From: the human T2T-CHM13v2.0 reference genome, Homo sapiens
Length of the DNA stretch: 64,000 nucleotides
Reading direction: 5' to 3' (one strand)
NCBI RefSeq assembly: GCF_009914755.1
Contig: NC_060932.1
This document shows, in pieces, positions 17,701 to 30,509 of this stretch. Both the position numbers and the translations under genes were made by a program. The notes beneath the pieces were generated by a model. It searched no databases. It was not told where the DNA came from and worked only from the letters and a program-made list of their open reading frames with translations. Within the stretch, counting starts at the first letter, position 1; the number at the start of each line of letters is the position of its first letter.

Positions 17701-18539
17701 TGGTAAGGCTTCCTGCTCTGCGGGGTTGGGGGAGAATTGGAGGCAGTTTTTCTCCCTCTTGAGACTCTTTCCTGGCCTCTTCAGAGGTTCTCTGTTTGCC
17801 CCTCTCTCCTACATCCTTTGTTCTTTCCACTCCTTTGAGATTCCATCCTCAGTCCCTGGCGTCCTGCAGCACACTCCAGCCTCTTCTCCCAGGCTCCTCA
17901 CCCCTCCAGTAGTGCAAATGAACAGTGCCCTAGATGAACCCAGGCCATCCTTTGCTCCGGGAACCTCAGCCAGCTTTAGGAGAGGGCCGCATTCTCCTGT
18001 TGCCCCAGCACGGCCCTTCTCTGGCCGTCTGGACTGATTCCACCTGCAGGATCAGACCCCGGCCCACTGTCATTTAGAAGCTTCTCCGGCATGAGTCACA
18101 TACCAGCCTGTGTACCCCCAACTTCAGGAAACACTACCCACGGGGACACCAAACAACACAGTGGCCCACAGTTACAGTGAGGCCAGTTTCACTCTGCTGA
18201 AAGAGACTGGGATGAGAAACTTTTAGTTTTGAACCTAGCCAGGTTAGCTCCTTTACATGTCCTCTTTAGCTTATCACTATTTGTACCCTGTGATTTGTAG
18301 CTGCAAGACCCTAGTGGACACTTTCAGCATTCTATTTGGAAATCTCTTTCATTAAATGCATCAAGTCAGCAGGTACATTAAAAATTTTTTTCATGTTACC
18401 ATAGGCAACAGTTACTAAACTTTTTTCTATTACATAACGAGGACCTCCTTTCCTCCATCAGGGAAGAGCATGTTCCTTAGTTTCCTATACATCCTCACTG
18501 ACAGCCTCCTGGGGCCTATCAAGTTTCCTTAATAGTCTT

Positions 18540-19014
18540 GTGTAGCCACAGAGATGCACTGCTCAGATCTCTTCCAGACAGAACCTACCACAAGGAGTGC
18601 AAAGAGCCGAAAACCTCAGCGGCAAGTGCCTCCCAGGTCCACTGCAGCATTCGGGCGGAGGCCCCCACACTCTTCAAGGCAGCTTCCAGTCAATAACTCA
18701 ACATGGCATGGGCATCCAGGCTTGGCCATTTCTGCCCAGCATGCCCACCTTCTGTGACAATCTTTGTGCTGGAGCTACCCATTGGCTGACATTTTCTCAG
18801 AGCTGCAGTTAGAGGATCCTTCTAGCCAATCCTCCTTCCTCTTCCTTCTGCCTCATTTTACAGGTGTCAAAGTCACATCTAAACTTGTGGTCTTAAGGCA
18901 TCTCATTTGCACTTCTGCCCCCTTTCCTCCTTCTTCCTTAGGCATTACCCCCCAGTAAATCTCTTGCAGTTCTAACTTCTTGGTGTCTGTTTCCTGGAGC
19001 ATCCAAATGCATCA
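18540..19014 (+). mobile_element. LTR16-family ERVL LTR
   Basis: tgtagccacagagatgcactgctcagatct start; ggccatttctgccca; agtaaatctcttgca..tgtctgtttcctggag end. Confidence 0.7.
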
Positions 19015-19117
19015 GCCTCCTCAGGGTCCTTCCAGCTTGACTGCTCCCTGGCCCCCAGCAATAAGCATATGTGTTAGGTTTTTGTTTTGGTAAAGCCCCA
19101 TCTCCAGATGCCAAATA

Positions 19118-19666
19118 TGTTGTGATTGCTATTGCTACCAAAAGAAAAATTACCCCCAAAATTTAGGAAATTAAAACCATTGTATTTCTCCCACAATTTT
19201 GTGGGTTCCATTTTGGGAAAGCTCGGCAGGATAGTTTTCACTTGGGGTCTCTCCTGCCGTTGCAGCCAGATGTTGGCTAGAACTGCAGTAATCTAAAGGC
19301 TTGACTGGACTGGATATCAAAGATGGCAGACCTGTCTGTCTGGAAGTTGATGCGGTAGCCAGGAACACTGCTGAGGCTATGATTGGAACGCCCCTGTCTG
19401 GCATTTCCAGCATGGCAGTCTCAGAGTGGTCGAACTTCTTACATGGTGGCTGGATTTGCCCAGAGCAAGTGTCCCAAGAGAGCCAAGCAGAATTGGTATG
19501 GCTATGACAGCCATCTAGTGGTATGGCCGTGAAAGCCTTATGGCATCATTTCTATAGGTTAGAAGCAAGTCACCAAGTTTAGCCCAGATTCAAGGTAAGA
19601 GGGCAGAGACTCCACCTCTTGATGGAAGGAGTGTCCGGTAATTTGCAGATGTTTTCAGACTTTCAC
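19118..19666 (-). mobile_element. MLT1 (F/H-like) LTR
   Basis: ctattgctacc..ttacccccaaaatttag..cccagattcaagg..ctccacctcttgatggaaggag..caca. Confidence 0.75.
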
Positions 19667-19669
19667 AGT

Positions 19670-20830
19670 GACAAATACGACAAAAGTAGAAGCCAACACT
19701 TAGTCCCATATGCAGCCACTTAAAGGCCCTATAGGACCAGCCAGCTACCTGGTGGCAAGTTGATTACACAATAACAATTCTATTATGGAAGAGAAAGACC
19801 CTTATTTTCACTGGAAAATGCACTTATTCTGAACATAAATCTTTCTTCCTTCCCTATAATGCTTCTGCCAAAACCACTATCTGTGGACATACCTAACAAA
19901 TGCCGTATTCACTGTCATAGTATTTCATGGAGTGTCACTTCTAACCAAGCAACTCAATTTCCAGCAAATGAAGCATGCCAATAGAATGATGCCATAGAAT
20001 TCAATGAACTTACCTGGAGCAGCTGGCCTGACAGAACAATGAAGTGGCCTTTTGAAGGTTTAATTAAAGTGCCAGGATGTGATATAATGCTTTTTGTGGA
20101 TGAGGTAATGTTCCTTTGGATATAATATAGAATCTGAATCCCCATCCAATATATGGTGCTGTTTCTTTCACAGCCAAGATGCATAGATCTGGGACCAAGG
20201 GATGGGAGTGAGTATGGCCCACTCACTACTGCCCCTACTAATGAACTCGACAACATTTTACTTCCTGCTTCTGGAACTTGGGGCTCTGCTGGTTTAGAGA
20301 GATTGGTTCCAAAGGAAAGAGTGCTTTCATCAGAAAACACAACAATGCTGCCTTCTAATTGCAAGTGGAGACAAATCTAGCCATGTTGGGGTCTTTGTGC
20401 CAGTGAACTAACAGGCAAAGAAGGAAGTTAGTGTACTGGCTGGGAGATTTCACCATGACAAGAAAATGAATAGCTACTGCTCAAGGGCAGTAGGAGAGAA
20501 GAGGGAGGGATTTCACTGAAATGCAGATAATTCTTGGGGCATCTTTTTAGTACCTCCAGTTTTGTGGTAACAGTAAATGGAAAACTAAACCACCCAATAT
20601 AGATAGGACTGTCAATGGCACAGAATGTGCAGGAATGAAGGTTGGGTTGCCCCATGACATCAGGAACTACCCCGTGGAGGTGCTTGCTGAAGGAAAGGTA
20701 ACATGAAATAAGTAGTGGAAGGAGAAGGCTATAAATATCGGTTATCAGCTGCAGCCACATGATCAGCTTCAAAAACAAGATCTATAGTAGTGATGGTATT
20801 TCTTCCTTGCTTCGATATGAATATATATGT
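19670..20830 (+). mobile_element. ERVL internal remnant: decayed integrase followed by dUTPase
   Basis: 19735-19767 translates DQPATWWQVDY (ERVL integrase). ORF 20153-20380 contains SAGLERLVPKERVLSSENTTMLP, like the ERVL dUTPase region. Many stops and frameshifts. Confidence 0.85.
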
Positions 20831-20916
20831 GTGTAAACACACATATCCATATACAAAGATCTGTCTAGTTTTTGGAACACTCTTCCCTCAGACATCTTCC
20901 TGGTTTACTACCTGAC

Positions 20917-21134
20917 AGCTGGATCTCCTTGGGGAAGAACCCTGCTATACTGCCAAAATTTTATTCTATAAATCTTCCTTTTAGCTTTCTGCAAAGGGGC
21001 CCACAATTACGAGGGTGACTGTGCACTGAGAGGAAAGAAACACCCAGACATTTCAGGGATTACTGGACATTGGCTCTGAACCAATGGAAATTCCTGGGGA
21101 CCCAAAACAACACCATGGTCCACAGTTAGAGTGG
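20917..21134 (+). mobile_element. ERVL gag-end/protease fragment (out of order)
   Basis: From 21045 translates QTFQGLLDIGSEPMEIPGDPKQHHGP, a decayed LLDTGSE aspartic-protease motif. Confidence 0.8.
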
Positions 21135-21371
21135 ACCACATATGTACATCCACATATGAATTTATCTATATACGTAAATCCCTTCACTTTGTTTCTTTTT
21201 TTTTCCATTCTAATATAAGATGTGTTAACAGTGGTTAACTTTATATCTCCATATTTAATTCATAGGATATAAAAATGAGAGTGTGAGTCCTCTAGAAGAG
21301 AAATAACCATCAGTCACGGATGAAAGAGGTCACATGCAGGACTCTGTGTATCTTTTTTGGGAGAGGGATAA

Positions 21372-21700
21372 TGTCCTCATCTGCTTGGGCTGCCACAAAA
21401 AAGTACCACAGACTGGGTGCGTAAAACAACAGAAATGTATTTCTCCCAGTTCTGGAGGCCAGAAGTCCAAGATCTCCTCCTGACTTAGTGCTATGTCCTC
21501 AGATGGCCAGATGGCTGAGAGAGAGTGGTCTCCAGTGTCTCTTCCTCTTAAAAACACAAATACCATCATGAGGAACCAACCCTCATGATATTATTTAATC
21601 CTAATTATCTCCCAAAGGCCCACCTCCAAATACCATCACACTGGGGGTTAGGGCTTCCACATATGGATTTTGTGAGTACACAATTATTCAGTCCATAACA
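21372..21700 (-). mobile_element. MLT1A-like LTR inserted in the ERVL internal 3' region
   Basis: gggctgccacaaaaaagtaccacagactgggtg..attcagtccataaca. Confidence 0.85.
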
Positions 21701-21836
21701 GATGGCACAGTTTTGTTTGTTTAATGGATAATTCTATTAGTTTGGTCAAAAGTATAATTTTGCTTTCTCTCTATGTGGAAATTAAATACAGTCCTGACAA
21801 ATGTACATGATTTCCAAGTTGGTAGAGGTTGAGTTC

Positions 21837-22373
21837 TGTTGGATTATGATATGTCAAGTTGGCTAAGGCTGGGAGCTGTTTTCCAGAATTTCCTTCCCTA
21901 CGTGGTTCCTGGGTAGAGTTGACCATGAAGAAAGGTGTTATACTCAGTCATTGCCATCAGTCGCAGTGATGGACAGATGCAGAGGGACCCAGCCTGCTGC
22001 AGCTGATCCTTGATCTCCACCACTGTGTGTCCATCCCATCTTTCTTACCGCAGGCCTGCTGACGAAGGCTGGCTCCAAGCCCACCCACCAGGATCTTGGC
22101 CACGGACCAGAAGGGTAGCAGATAAATAGAGGCAACAATTTCAGCAGCATGATAATTTCCATAGACCTCTCCACAAGCTCCCAATCACAGTCCTACTTCA
22201 GCTTCTCAGATTCTGTGCAAGTTCTGAATTGTCTACCTGTACCAGTGCTTCTTCTTCCAATTCTCTACCTCTCCCTTCTAGAGCTTCACTACCCAGCTCT
22301 TCCCACATTTGTGCCCAATTGCATTCCTATAACCAGTCCCTCATTCTCATCATATTTTTTTCTAACTGATGCA
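21837..22373 (+). mobile_element. MLT2E-like 3' LTR of the ERVL remnant
   Basis: Follows a purine-rich PPT-like tract; tgtcaagttggctaaggctgg..ttccagaatttccttccct motif. Confidence 0.65.
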
Positions 22374-22384
22374 TTTTGGTTATC

Positions 22385-22617
22385 TGCTAAACATTAGCAG
22401 AGTCTTCCACTGGAAGCCTGTTTAATAGAGAAAGGCCCTGTCTGAAAAAGCACCCATCACCCTTGATTCCCTCACTCTGACTCTCCTTCACAGCTCTGAA
22501 CACCACCTGACATAGTCTGTGTGTATGTATTTGTCTGCTTTGTTACTACTAAATCCCTGATGAACAGAGAGGGGGCTAGCACTCAATAGTTGCTCAATAA
22601 GTATTTGTTGAATGAAT
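22385..22617 (+). mobile_element. L2 3' end
   Basis: Ends gctcaataagtatttgttgaatgaat. Confidence 0.7.
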
Positions 22618-22716
22618 ATTTGGGGAAACTGACTTAAATGTTGCTATATCATGATCAGAGTAACAGTAATTTGTCCTACAATGTATGTGAAATATTGAAT
22701 TCATAATGTTCTAGAT

Positions 22717-22915
22717 AAAGAAGAGGTAGGATATTAAAAAAGTAAAGAAGGAAATAGAGGAGAAGGAGTGGGATGGGGAGTAAAAAGGTGAAGAAAAAGA
22801 ATAAGGGGAGAAAAGTAATTGGGGAGGGAGGGGAAGAAGGAGCAGGGAGGAGGAGAGACAGGAGAAAGGGAGGAGAAGAGAGAGGAGAAAGGGAAGAAGG
22901 AGAGAGAGAAGAGGC
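22717..22915 (+). repeat. GA-rich low-complexity tract
   Basis: Read directly. Confidence 0.85.
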
Positions 22916-22919
22916 TCTA

Positions 22920-23130
22920 AATGTATGGCTGACACTGTACTAAGTGCTTTCTGCAGTTTATCTTGAGACAAACCTGTGAGGCAAGTGTTATTATTCCCAG
23001 ATTATACATGAAGCCACTAAGGCTCAGAGAATTAAAGGACTTGCTGAAGGTCTTTACAAAGTGATTGAGCTGGAATCCAAATATAGAGTGTCTGGTTTCA
23101 AAACTCATATTCTTGCCATTATACCATGCC
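22920..23130 (-). mobile_element. MIR
   Basis: cactgtactaagtgcttt..ctaaggctcagaga..ttcaaaactc. Confidence 0.75.
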
Positions 23131-23258
23131 ACCAGAGAAAGCAGACACATCATGGGAAGGAAAATGGAAATGCTGTTTAAAATCATATTAAAGTATTCCA
23201 ATTGGGTCTGAAATTACAGTTTTAACTTCTAAGCTTGACCACTTTGCTGAAGTACCAA

Positions 23259-23264
23259 TTTAAT
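23259..23264 (-). terminator. DNAAF11: Candidate DNAAF11 poly(A) signal ATTAAA
   Basis: tttaat on plus, about 330 nt past the stop codon. Confidence 0.5.
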
Positions 23265-23374
23265 ACTCAGTCCTTTTATCTATGAATTAATACTTTGCAT
23301 AAGTAGACAGTATTTATAATCAGTGTTTTATGCAATAGTTCTATGATCTTACTAAACATTTTCAATACCAACCC

Positions 23375-23380
23375 TTTATT
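23375..23380 (-). terminator. DNAAF11: Candidate proximal DNAAF11 poly(A) signal AATAAA
   Basis: First canonical AATAAA (tttatt on plus) after the stop, about 215 nt downstream. Confidence 0.65.
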
Positions 23381-23592
23381 ATAGGTAAATGATGAGTTAT
23401 AGCATTTAAGACATACATTTTAATTTTAAGCTATCTTAAGGATATTACTATGCAAAGTAAGAGTTAAAACACTGGAGCAGCGATATTGACAAATAACTCT
23501 GTGTTTATCCCAGGAATAATATGCATATGGTCTCTACACCAACCAAAACTGGACCTGGTGGGTCTCAGCCAATGGCAACGCAGCCAGATGTT

Positions 23593-23802
<210 letters not shown>

Positions 23803-24355
23803 CTACATCATTTAAAATTTCAAACAGATTCAACTCACCCATCCATTTATTCAGCAAACGTTGGCAAGTAATATGCCTGGAGCACAGAAATAAAAGGAGA
23901 GAATGTCCCTAGCATCAAGAAGCTTAGAGCCTTGTAGAATCAAGACTCTGACCTGTGGAGAAGAAAAGTTCTAAAAAAAAAAAAAAAAGTCACTGGGTTT
24001 CTACTAATGCACAGGCAGTTGGAGGAGACGTCACCTGTGAAACTCTACCTCGTTAAGAATTTGTATTTGATAACTGAAATGATACAGCAGGCAACGCCCT
24101 ACAGCCAAGATCAATAACTGAATCCTTCCAGGCAGCTCTTATTCCTGAATGCAGCTCATCAGGCTTCTGGACCCTCCTGCTTCAGACAATCTAACTTGCA
24201 GGGGTTTGGCAGGGGCATCTACACGGCAAGTTCAGGTGCATAGTAAAGTGTAGCCCCACCAACCTCTCCTCCCACAAGAACCTGAGCCTTCTGCACTCAC
24301 TCAGTTTTCTCAGCAATAGCAAGCATGAAACAGAAGAAGGGGGCACCTCGGTTGG

Positions 24356-24567
24356 CCAATGTTCCCAATATCATGGTCAGATATAGATATAGATATAGAT
24401 ACAGATATAGATATAGATATAGATATAGATGTAGATAATCAGGTCTCTGGGCTGCGTTCCCCGCAATTTTGATTCAATAAGTCTGGTGTTGGGGCCAGTA
24501 ACCTGTATTTTTATAACGTTCCCTCAAATGATATTGATAATCAGTCAAATTGTTTTGGAATCACTGC
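24356..24567. mobile_element. MER5-like hAT element containing an (AGATAT)n microsatellite
   Basis: ttttgattcaataagtctgg..ctgtattttt..ttccctcaaatgat..ttggaatcactg. Confidence 0.6.
24379..24437 (+). repeat. (AGATAT)n hexamer repeat, about 10 units with two variant units
   Basis: Read directly. Confidence 0.95.
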
Positions 24568-25507
24568 ACCGTTCATTCAAATGTTCATTGAACAGATACG
24601 TGTTAAATATCTATGATATTCCAGGTGCTGTATAGGCACCAGGGAAACCACGGTCTGTGCAAATAGACAATGTTCCTGGTAATATCTAATAGCACAGTGT
24701 AGTGCTTGAACACAGAATTAATGACACTCTCATACACCTGTTTCATTCTTTGTCTGTTTTCATACAATACTGGTATCTTTGAAGCAAAGGTTTTGTCTTT
24801 TTCATCTTTTATCCTAGGCATATGGCTGTATTGAATAAATATTGTTGAATAGATGAAAAATATTATTTTTCTATTGGGGAAATAATGAAATTATATAAGA
24901 AATTATCTCTGACCTAAAGAAAATCACAGTCAATCAAATTCAGGAGCTCTAAACTGATGTCCTCAGACTAAGCTCATTCCATGAACACCCTTTGTCAGGG
25001 TGTTCTTCTGAAAGTGTCAACTCTCTATTTTCCTTGCAACCATCTCCCTTCATTTCTGTAATCTGCCTAGTCCTTGAAGTCATTTTAGTTTTTGATCCTT
25101 CACACTATTTTGACTAATACACAAGGACCTGCTGAATAAAAAATACAAAATATACAAAGAATATAAAATAGTATATTCAGAAGCCCAAACAGCATACCAT
25201 AAACTCCGTATGCCACAGGAAGGAGAAGAAATGGAAAAGGGGCTTGTGTAGCCTCTGAAGGGGTGAAAGAGGTGGGAATCCGAAGATGCCCTGAAAGATG
25301 TGAAGGAATGTGGGTGAGCAATAAAGGGAGAATTAATGCTCCAGAGAAATGAATGGTCATATCCTGAGCACACCTTCCTCTCAGATGCCTCGGTGCCACA
25401 ATATTCACTGAACCACCTGCCTTTAAAAGAATAGAGTTTTGTGGCATCAGCTATGATGCTGCTTATTCTTTTCTGCATAGTCAGTCATCATAAGGTTGGT
25501 GGCTGAC

Positions 25508-26024
25508 TGTGCAGAAAACAGTAAACATGGCAGGCCAGAGATGACTATCTTTAGAAGGTAGGCCTGCAAGGTTGGGCATTGACTGGTAAGCTGTTCCCTA
25601 CAGCCACATGAAACTTTCCCTAAACAATCAGGGTAGCTCACTGTGCCTTGCAATGTGTGCAGTCAATTTGGTTTATGCTTTCCTTCTGGGACTGCATAGC
25701 ATTGGCACCCACTAGGCAGAGGGTGCCTACCAGCACCCAACAAAACCCTGAGCATTGAATCTCTAATGAGCTTCCCTGATGGACATTTCATATGTGTTGT
25801 TGCAACCCATTGCAGGAGGAATTAAGCATGTCTTGTGTGACTCCACAGGGAAAGGACTCTTAGAAACTTGCACCTGGCTTTTTCTGGACTTAGCCTTTTG
25901 CTGATTTTGCCTCCTATTCTTTTGCTGCAATAAATCTTAGCCATGAGTGTGATTATATGCTGAGTCCTGTGAGTTCCTCTAATTAATCTCTGAACCTGGG
26001 GTCATCTTGGGGACCCTCGACACA
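25508..26024 (+). mobile_element. MER68/MER21-family ERVL solo LTR
   Basis: tgtgcagaaaa start; ggaccctcgacaca end; TSD ctgac/ctgcc; internal AATAAA. Confidence 0.85.
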
Positions 26025-26409
26025 CTGCCTTTTGTTGAGCCCCATGCTAAGGCCTTTACTTGTGTCATCAAATCCTCAGACCCAGTGGGAGGACAAGAGG
26101 AATAGTCAGCCAAGTTCCCACAGATAAACATAGGCAGAACTAGCTGGGAACTGAATCCAAATCTCTGGTATTAACATCACCCATACTGTTCCTCATAGAA
26201 AATTAGGTACCAAACACACAGCATAAAGAGGGGTTTTCTATTCTTGACATGTGGCACATAAGCTTATATCCATCAAAACAAACAGTTCTCTAGGTCAGCA
26301 TGAATATTGAAACCAATTGTGTTATGACACAGTAAACCCACAACCTGCTAGGCCCTCTTTCATCTCATTTATTTCCTGGTAATCAAGAAACAAAGTTCAT
26401 TACTGCAAG

Positions 26410-26640
26410 TCAAGAGGCAGTAGAGTGTCTAGGGTAGCTTGCAAGATCCTGGCTCCTACCTGCTAAGCTGTTGGCCCTTGTGAATTACTCAGCCACTTTG
26501 TGCCTCAAAGACCTCATCTTTAAAATAGGGATGACAATGAACATAAGGCTGTTGTCAAGATCAAATGAGTTCATCCATGTAAAGGACGTAGAGAAGTGCC
26601 AGAAACACAGCAGGCATTCCGTAAGTGTCAGTGCCATGTA
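26410..26640 (+). mobile_element. MIR
   Basis: gatcctggctc..ctcatctttaaaatagggatgacaat..tcaaatgag. Confidence 0.7.
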
Positions 26641-27856
26641 GGAAAAGGGTGGCATCAGTCAATATGTACTAGGATATGGATAAGAGTTCGTTATGAAATT
26701 CAGTATGCTTTTCAGCACACATCTTTTAGGTGCCCAGTGCTGTAATCAGTGCTAGGAATTTAAAGATGAGTAAGACATGGTGTATGCCCACAATCAAATG
26801 AGGAGGACACACGTATACTGGGCTACTTTGCACCAGCGTGGCAAGGGCTCTGCAAGTAGGATAAACAAGCCAGGTTGAAGCACAAGGAGACAACCATCAC
26901 CAAGGCCCGGAAAGAATTACGGTAGGAATCATAGAGTAAGGGAACTTGGCATCTGGCACTGGGCGCGGGGTGGGGCTGGTATTTTCCAAGATTTTGAGGA
27001 GGAAGAACATTCCAGAGAGGTAACACTGACAAAAGGTAAGAAAACATTTGTTCTGCTTACTCTTAACCTGTTACCTTCAGAGAGTGAGGTACCCAAGGTG
27101 GGGATGGGGGAAGGAGCGGGAGTGTCTGGCCCAGTCCAGTGAGGGTAGGGCTGGGTAAGTGAGGAAAGCTTGGATGGCTGGGTAAGGTAATCTGTTGGGG
27201 AGGCCGCCTGGAGAACTGTTTAAGGTAAGATGCTGAAAGTCTTTGGCTTTGTGGCAAGTGCCGGTGCCACGACTCTTGGGAACTGGGGTACCTCGCCCAC
27301 TACATTTTTCTTTTCGCTTTGAGATACTCAAGCAGTAGGGAGTGTGTTTATTTTTAGGAAAGTTAGAGACTGATTTCTTTTTTAAGGAAGGGAATGATGT
27401 TTAACAACCTATTTACTATATTTAGTGTCATGTAAATGTAGTTAGAAAACAGAACACTGACACTACTCCTTGTTACTGCCCTGTTGTCTAAATTTCCAAT
27501 TTTTCTTTAATTGCTATTTGTCACAAACAAGATAATTTACCTTCTCTTTCATTGGCTGCTCACAATTCATGTATCTGTTCATTCAATAAGTGTTTACTGA
27601 GTACCTACTATGCACCCAGGTTTGTGTGTGTCCTGGAGACTGAAAATGAAAAGCTGTCTTCCTATCCTCAATAACCTTACTAAGTAGATAAAATAATATT
27701 ATTGTTATTAGCAAAAAGAGATGTTATATAATCATTATTGTACTTAAAGAAGCTATATGATATGTGCCCAAGTGAGACGATTTGACTGACCAAATTGACC
27801 CAGTTGTTTTGGTGAACTGAAAGGGATGTGTTGTTGTTTTTAATCATCTCTCAACA

Positions 27857-28083
27857 TAAGTTGGGTATCCCTAATCTGAAGTTCCAAAATCCAAAATGCC
27901 CCCAAATCTAAACCTTTTTGAGCACTGACATAATGCTCAAAGGAAATGCTCATTGGAGCACTTCAGATTTTCCAGTTAGGAATGTTGAACTGGTATCATG
28001 CAAATATTCCACAATCTGAAAAAAAATCCAAAATAAAAAACAAGTCTGGTCCTAAGCATTTTGGATAAGGGATACTCAACCTG
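27857..28083. mobile_element. Tigger4a/MER46-like TcMar MITE
   Basis: TIRs taagttgggtatccct ... agggatactcaacctg, followed by TA. Confidence 0.85.
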
Positions 28084-28269
28084 TATGTTCACAGTCTTAT
28101 CTGGTGCTCACACCCATCACTGAGCCCCCGCATCCCTTCCCCACCTCACTGATGCAGAAGTGGAAGAAGGGAGAGGGGCAGGGGTCCATCAGAGGCTGAA
28201 GCTGAGGGTCAGGCTCAGTATTGGGGCAAGCACTGATATTTCGTTTATTATGTGGTGATTTTAATAACT

Positions 28270-28445
28270 TTTTAAGCCTTTTTATTGAGTGCAATACATG
28301 TATAGCAAAATGCCCAAATCATAAGAGTGAAACTTTCATTAACTGAATGCACCGTGGATTAAGAAGCAGAACATTATCAGCATTCTAGGAGCTCCTACTG
28401 TGCCCTTCCAGCCATGATGCCCCACTGAAACCACCATCCTGGAGG
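28270..28445 (-). mobile_element. L1ME-like 3' end
   Basis: ctttttattgagtg..aagaagcagaacattatcagca..accaccatcctg. Confidence 0.6.
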
Positions 28446-28898
28446 CTACCACTTTGCCTACCAAGTCTTCCTTCTTATGGGGGGTGCCAGTATAAGGATT
28501 TGCTATTTGAAACTCTAGAGTTCATCTGTGACACTCAAGGAAAGGCCAACAGAATACAAAGATGCTAACCTGGGGTCTTAACTGCTAAGCTGCCGAACCA
28601 CCTACAAAAACACCTTCTTCCAGAATAATTGTTATTTGAGGTAATAAAACATCCTACATTTTTAAGTCTATCTTAGGTATTCTATTACTCGTAGCCAAAT
28701 ATATCCTTATACAAGTCAGGTCCAAATGTCATCTATCAGTACATACAGAAATATAGGGAAAAGAATGCCAACATCTCCCTGGGAACCAGGAATCCCATAA
28801 CCTAACGTAAATTTTTACATAGGTAAATTAGACCAGTTATGACTAAGTTTTTATAATTATAGTTATCATTTAGTATAGTTACTCAGTTGTACAAATAA

Positions 28899-29253
<355 letters not shown>

Positions 29254-30509
29254 AGGCACTTTCTAGTTTGGAAAATTTATTCCAAAACAAATGTAGGAAG
29301 TTCAAACACCTTCATTATAGTCATTATAAATAAAGCCCTACTTTTTAATTATTATGTTCTTACTTAAAAGGCTATGATATTTGTGTTTTAAGTATATATC
29401 TAAGTTCATCTAGTATAATTATTTTGTCCTTGACTTTGAGGAAGAATGGCCTACCTCATTTCCCAGTATATATCCTGGGCCATAATTTCTGGTCTCAGTA
29501 ATAAGCCATGAACTTAGCTAGTACATTGTTATCTGTGGCACAACTAATTCAGATGTTGTGAGGAATGAACTAAATCATAATAGAGGATTTTAATTACTCA
29601 TGGATCTCTGGAGTCAAAAACAGTAAGCAGCTAAGCCTGGGGCACTTGAAGATCACAATAATCTCCAAAACAAAGTGGGGAGGGGCCTTTTCACCTTTGC
29701 TTTCCCCGCCTTAATGTCAGAGGCCTCTAGGACGGACGCCCATCACTGGTCTTACCCACGACCTGACTGTCAGAAACATCACCTCTAGAATCCAGTAGAA
29801 TAGCTGGAAGACAAAATCAACAGATTTAACATCATGGAAGTAAGCAAGAAAAAAGAAAATGCCTAAAATTAATCACTAAGTGCAAAACACATCAGAGATT
29901 CATTCCTTTTATCAAAAAACATAAAGAAAGAACTTTTTTCTGGTTTCCTAGTAAGCTAGCATATTTGGACCAAAGACTCCCACCTCCCACTGAAAACTTT
30001 CTTGAGATCATGAAAGACTTGATAAAATCACAAGGAACTGCAAGGTCACAAATCAAGGAAAGTGGGAACTCAGAAGGAGGAGCAGAGGCCTGAAGTCACC
30101 TTTGCCCTGAGAGCACTTGGGGAGCCCTTGAAGTTGTGCTTTGGTCAATCTGACCTTACAGAGTCTGAAGACAGAGGCCAAGGCCCTGAGCATGCCAGGT
30201 GGGCAGTCTAACGGGACACCCTCTCCATAATAAGGGTGCAGTGCCAAAGAGCTTCTCTGAGAAGTAAATGCCCACTGCTCACCTCCACAAGGCACTTCGA
30301 GGAAAGCTGCTTCAGTGGGGCAGAGGAAAACTGAGTTGTCACCACAAGCTAGAAAGTTTACAGCAGCTGTTGGTTAAAAATCCTCAATCTTGAATTTAGA
30401 TGAAAGTGGTTCCAAATTGGCAGTGTTTTTCTCTGCAGCACATGCCAATGTTCCCTGGCCAAGTACCTCCCAGGCCTCTAAGGAACCACCAGAATATTTT
30501 CCTAGGCAG

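Noticed and set aside
15138-18037. Several 100-160 aa ORFs in the GC-richer segment
   Set aside because: No recognisable domain or exon chain; overlapping ORFs on both strands are expected by chance at this GC content.
20153-20380. 75-aa ORF as a domesticated dUTPase
   Set aside because: A short remnant ending in a stop before the catalytic motifs, inside a heavily decayed ERVL.
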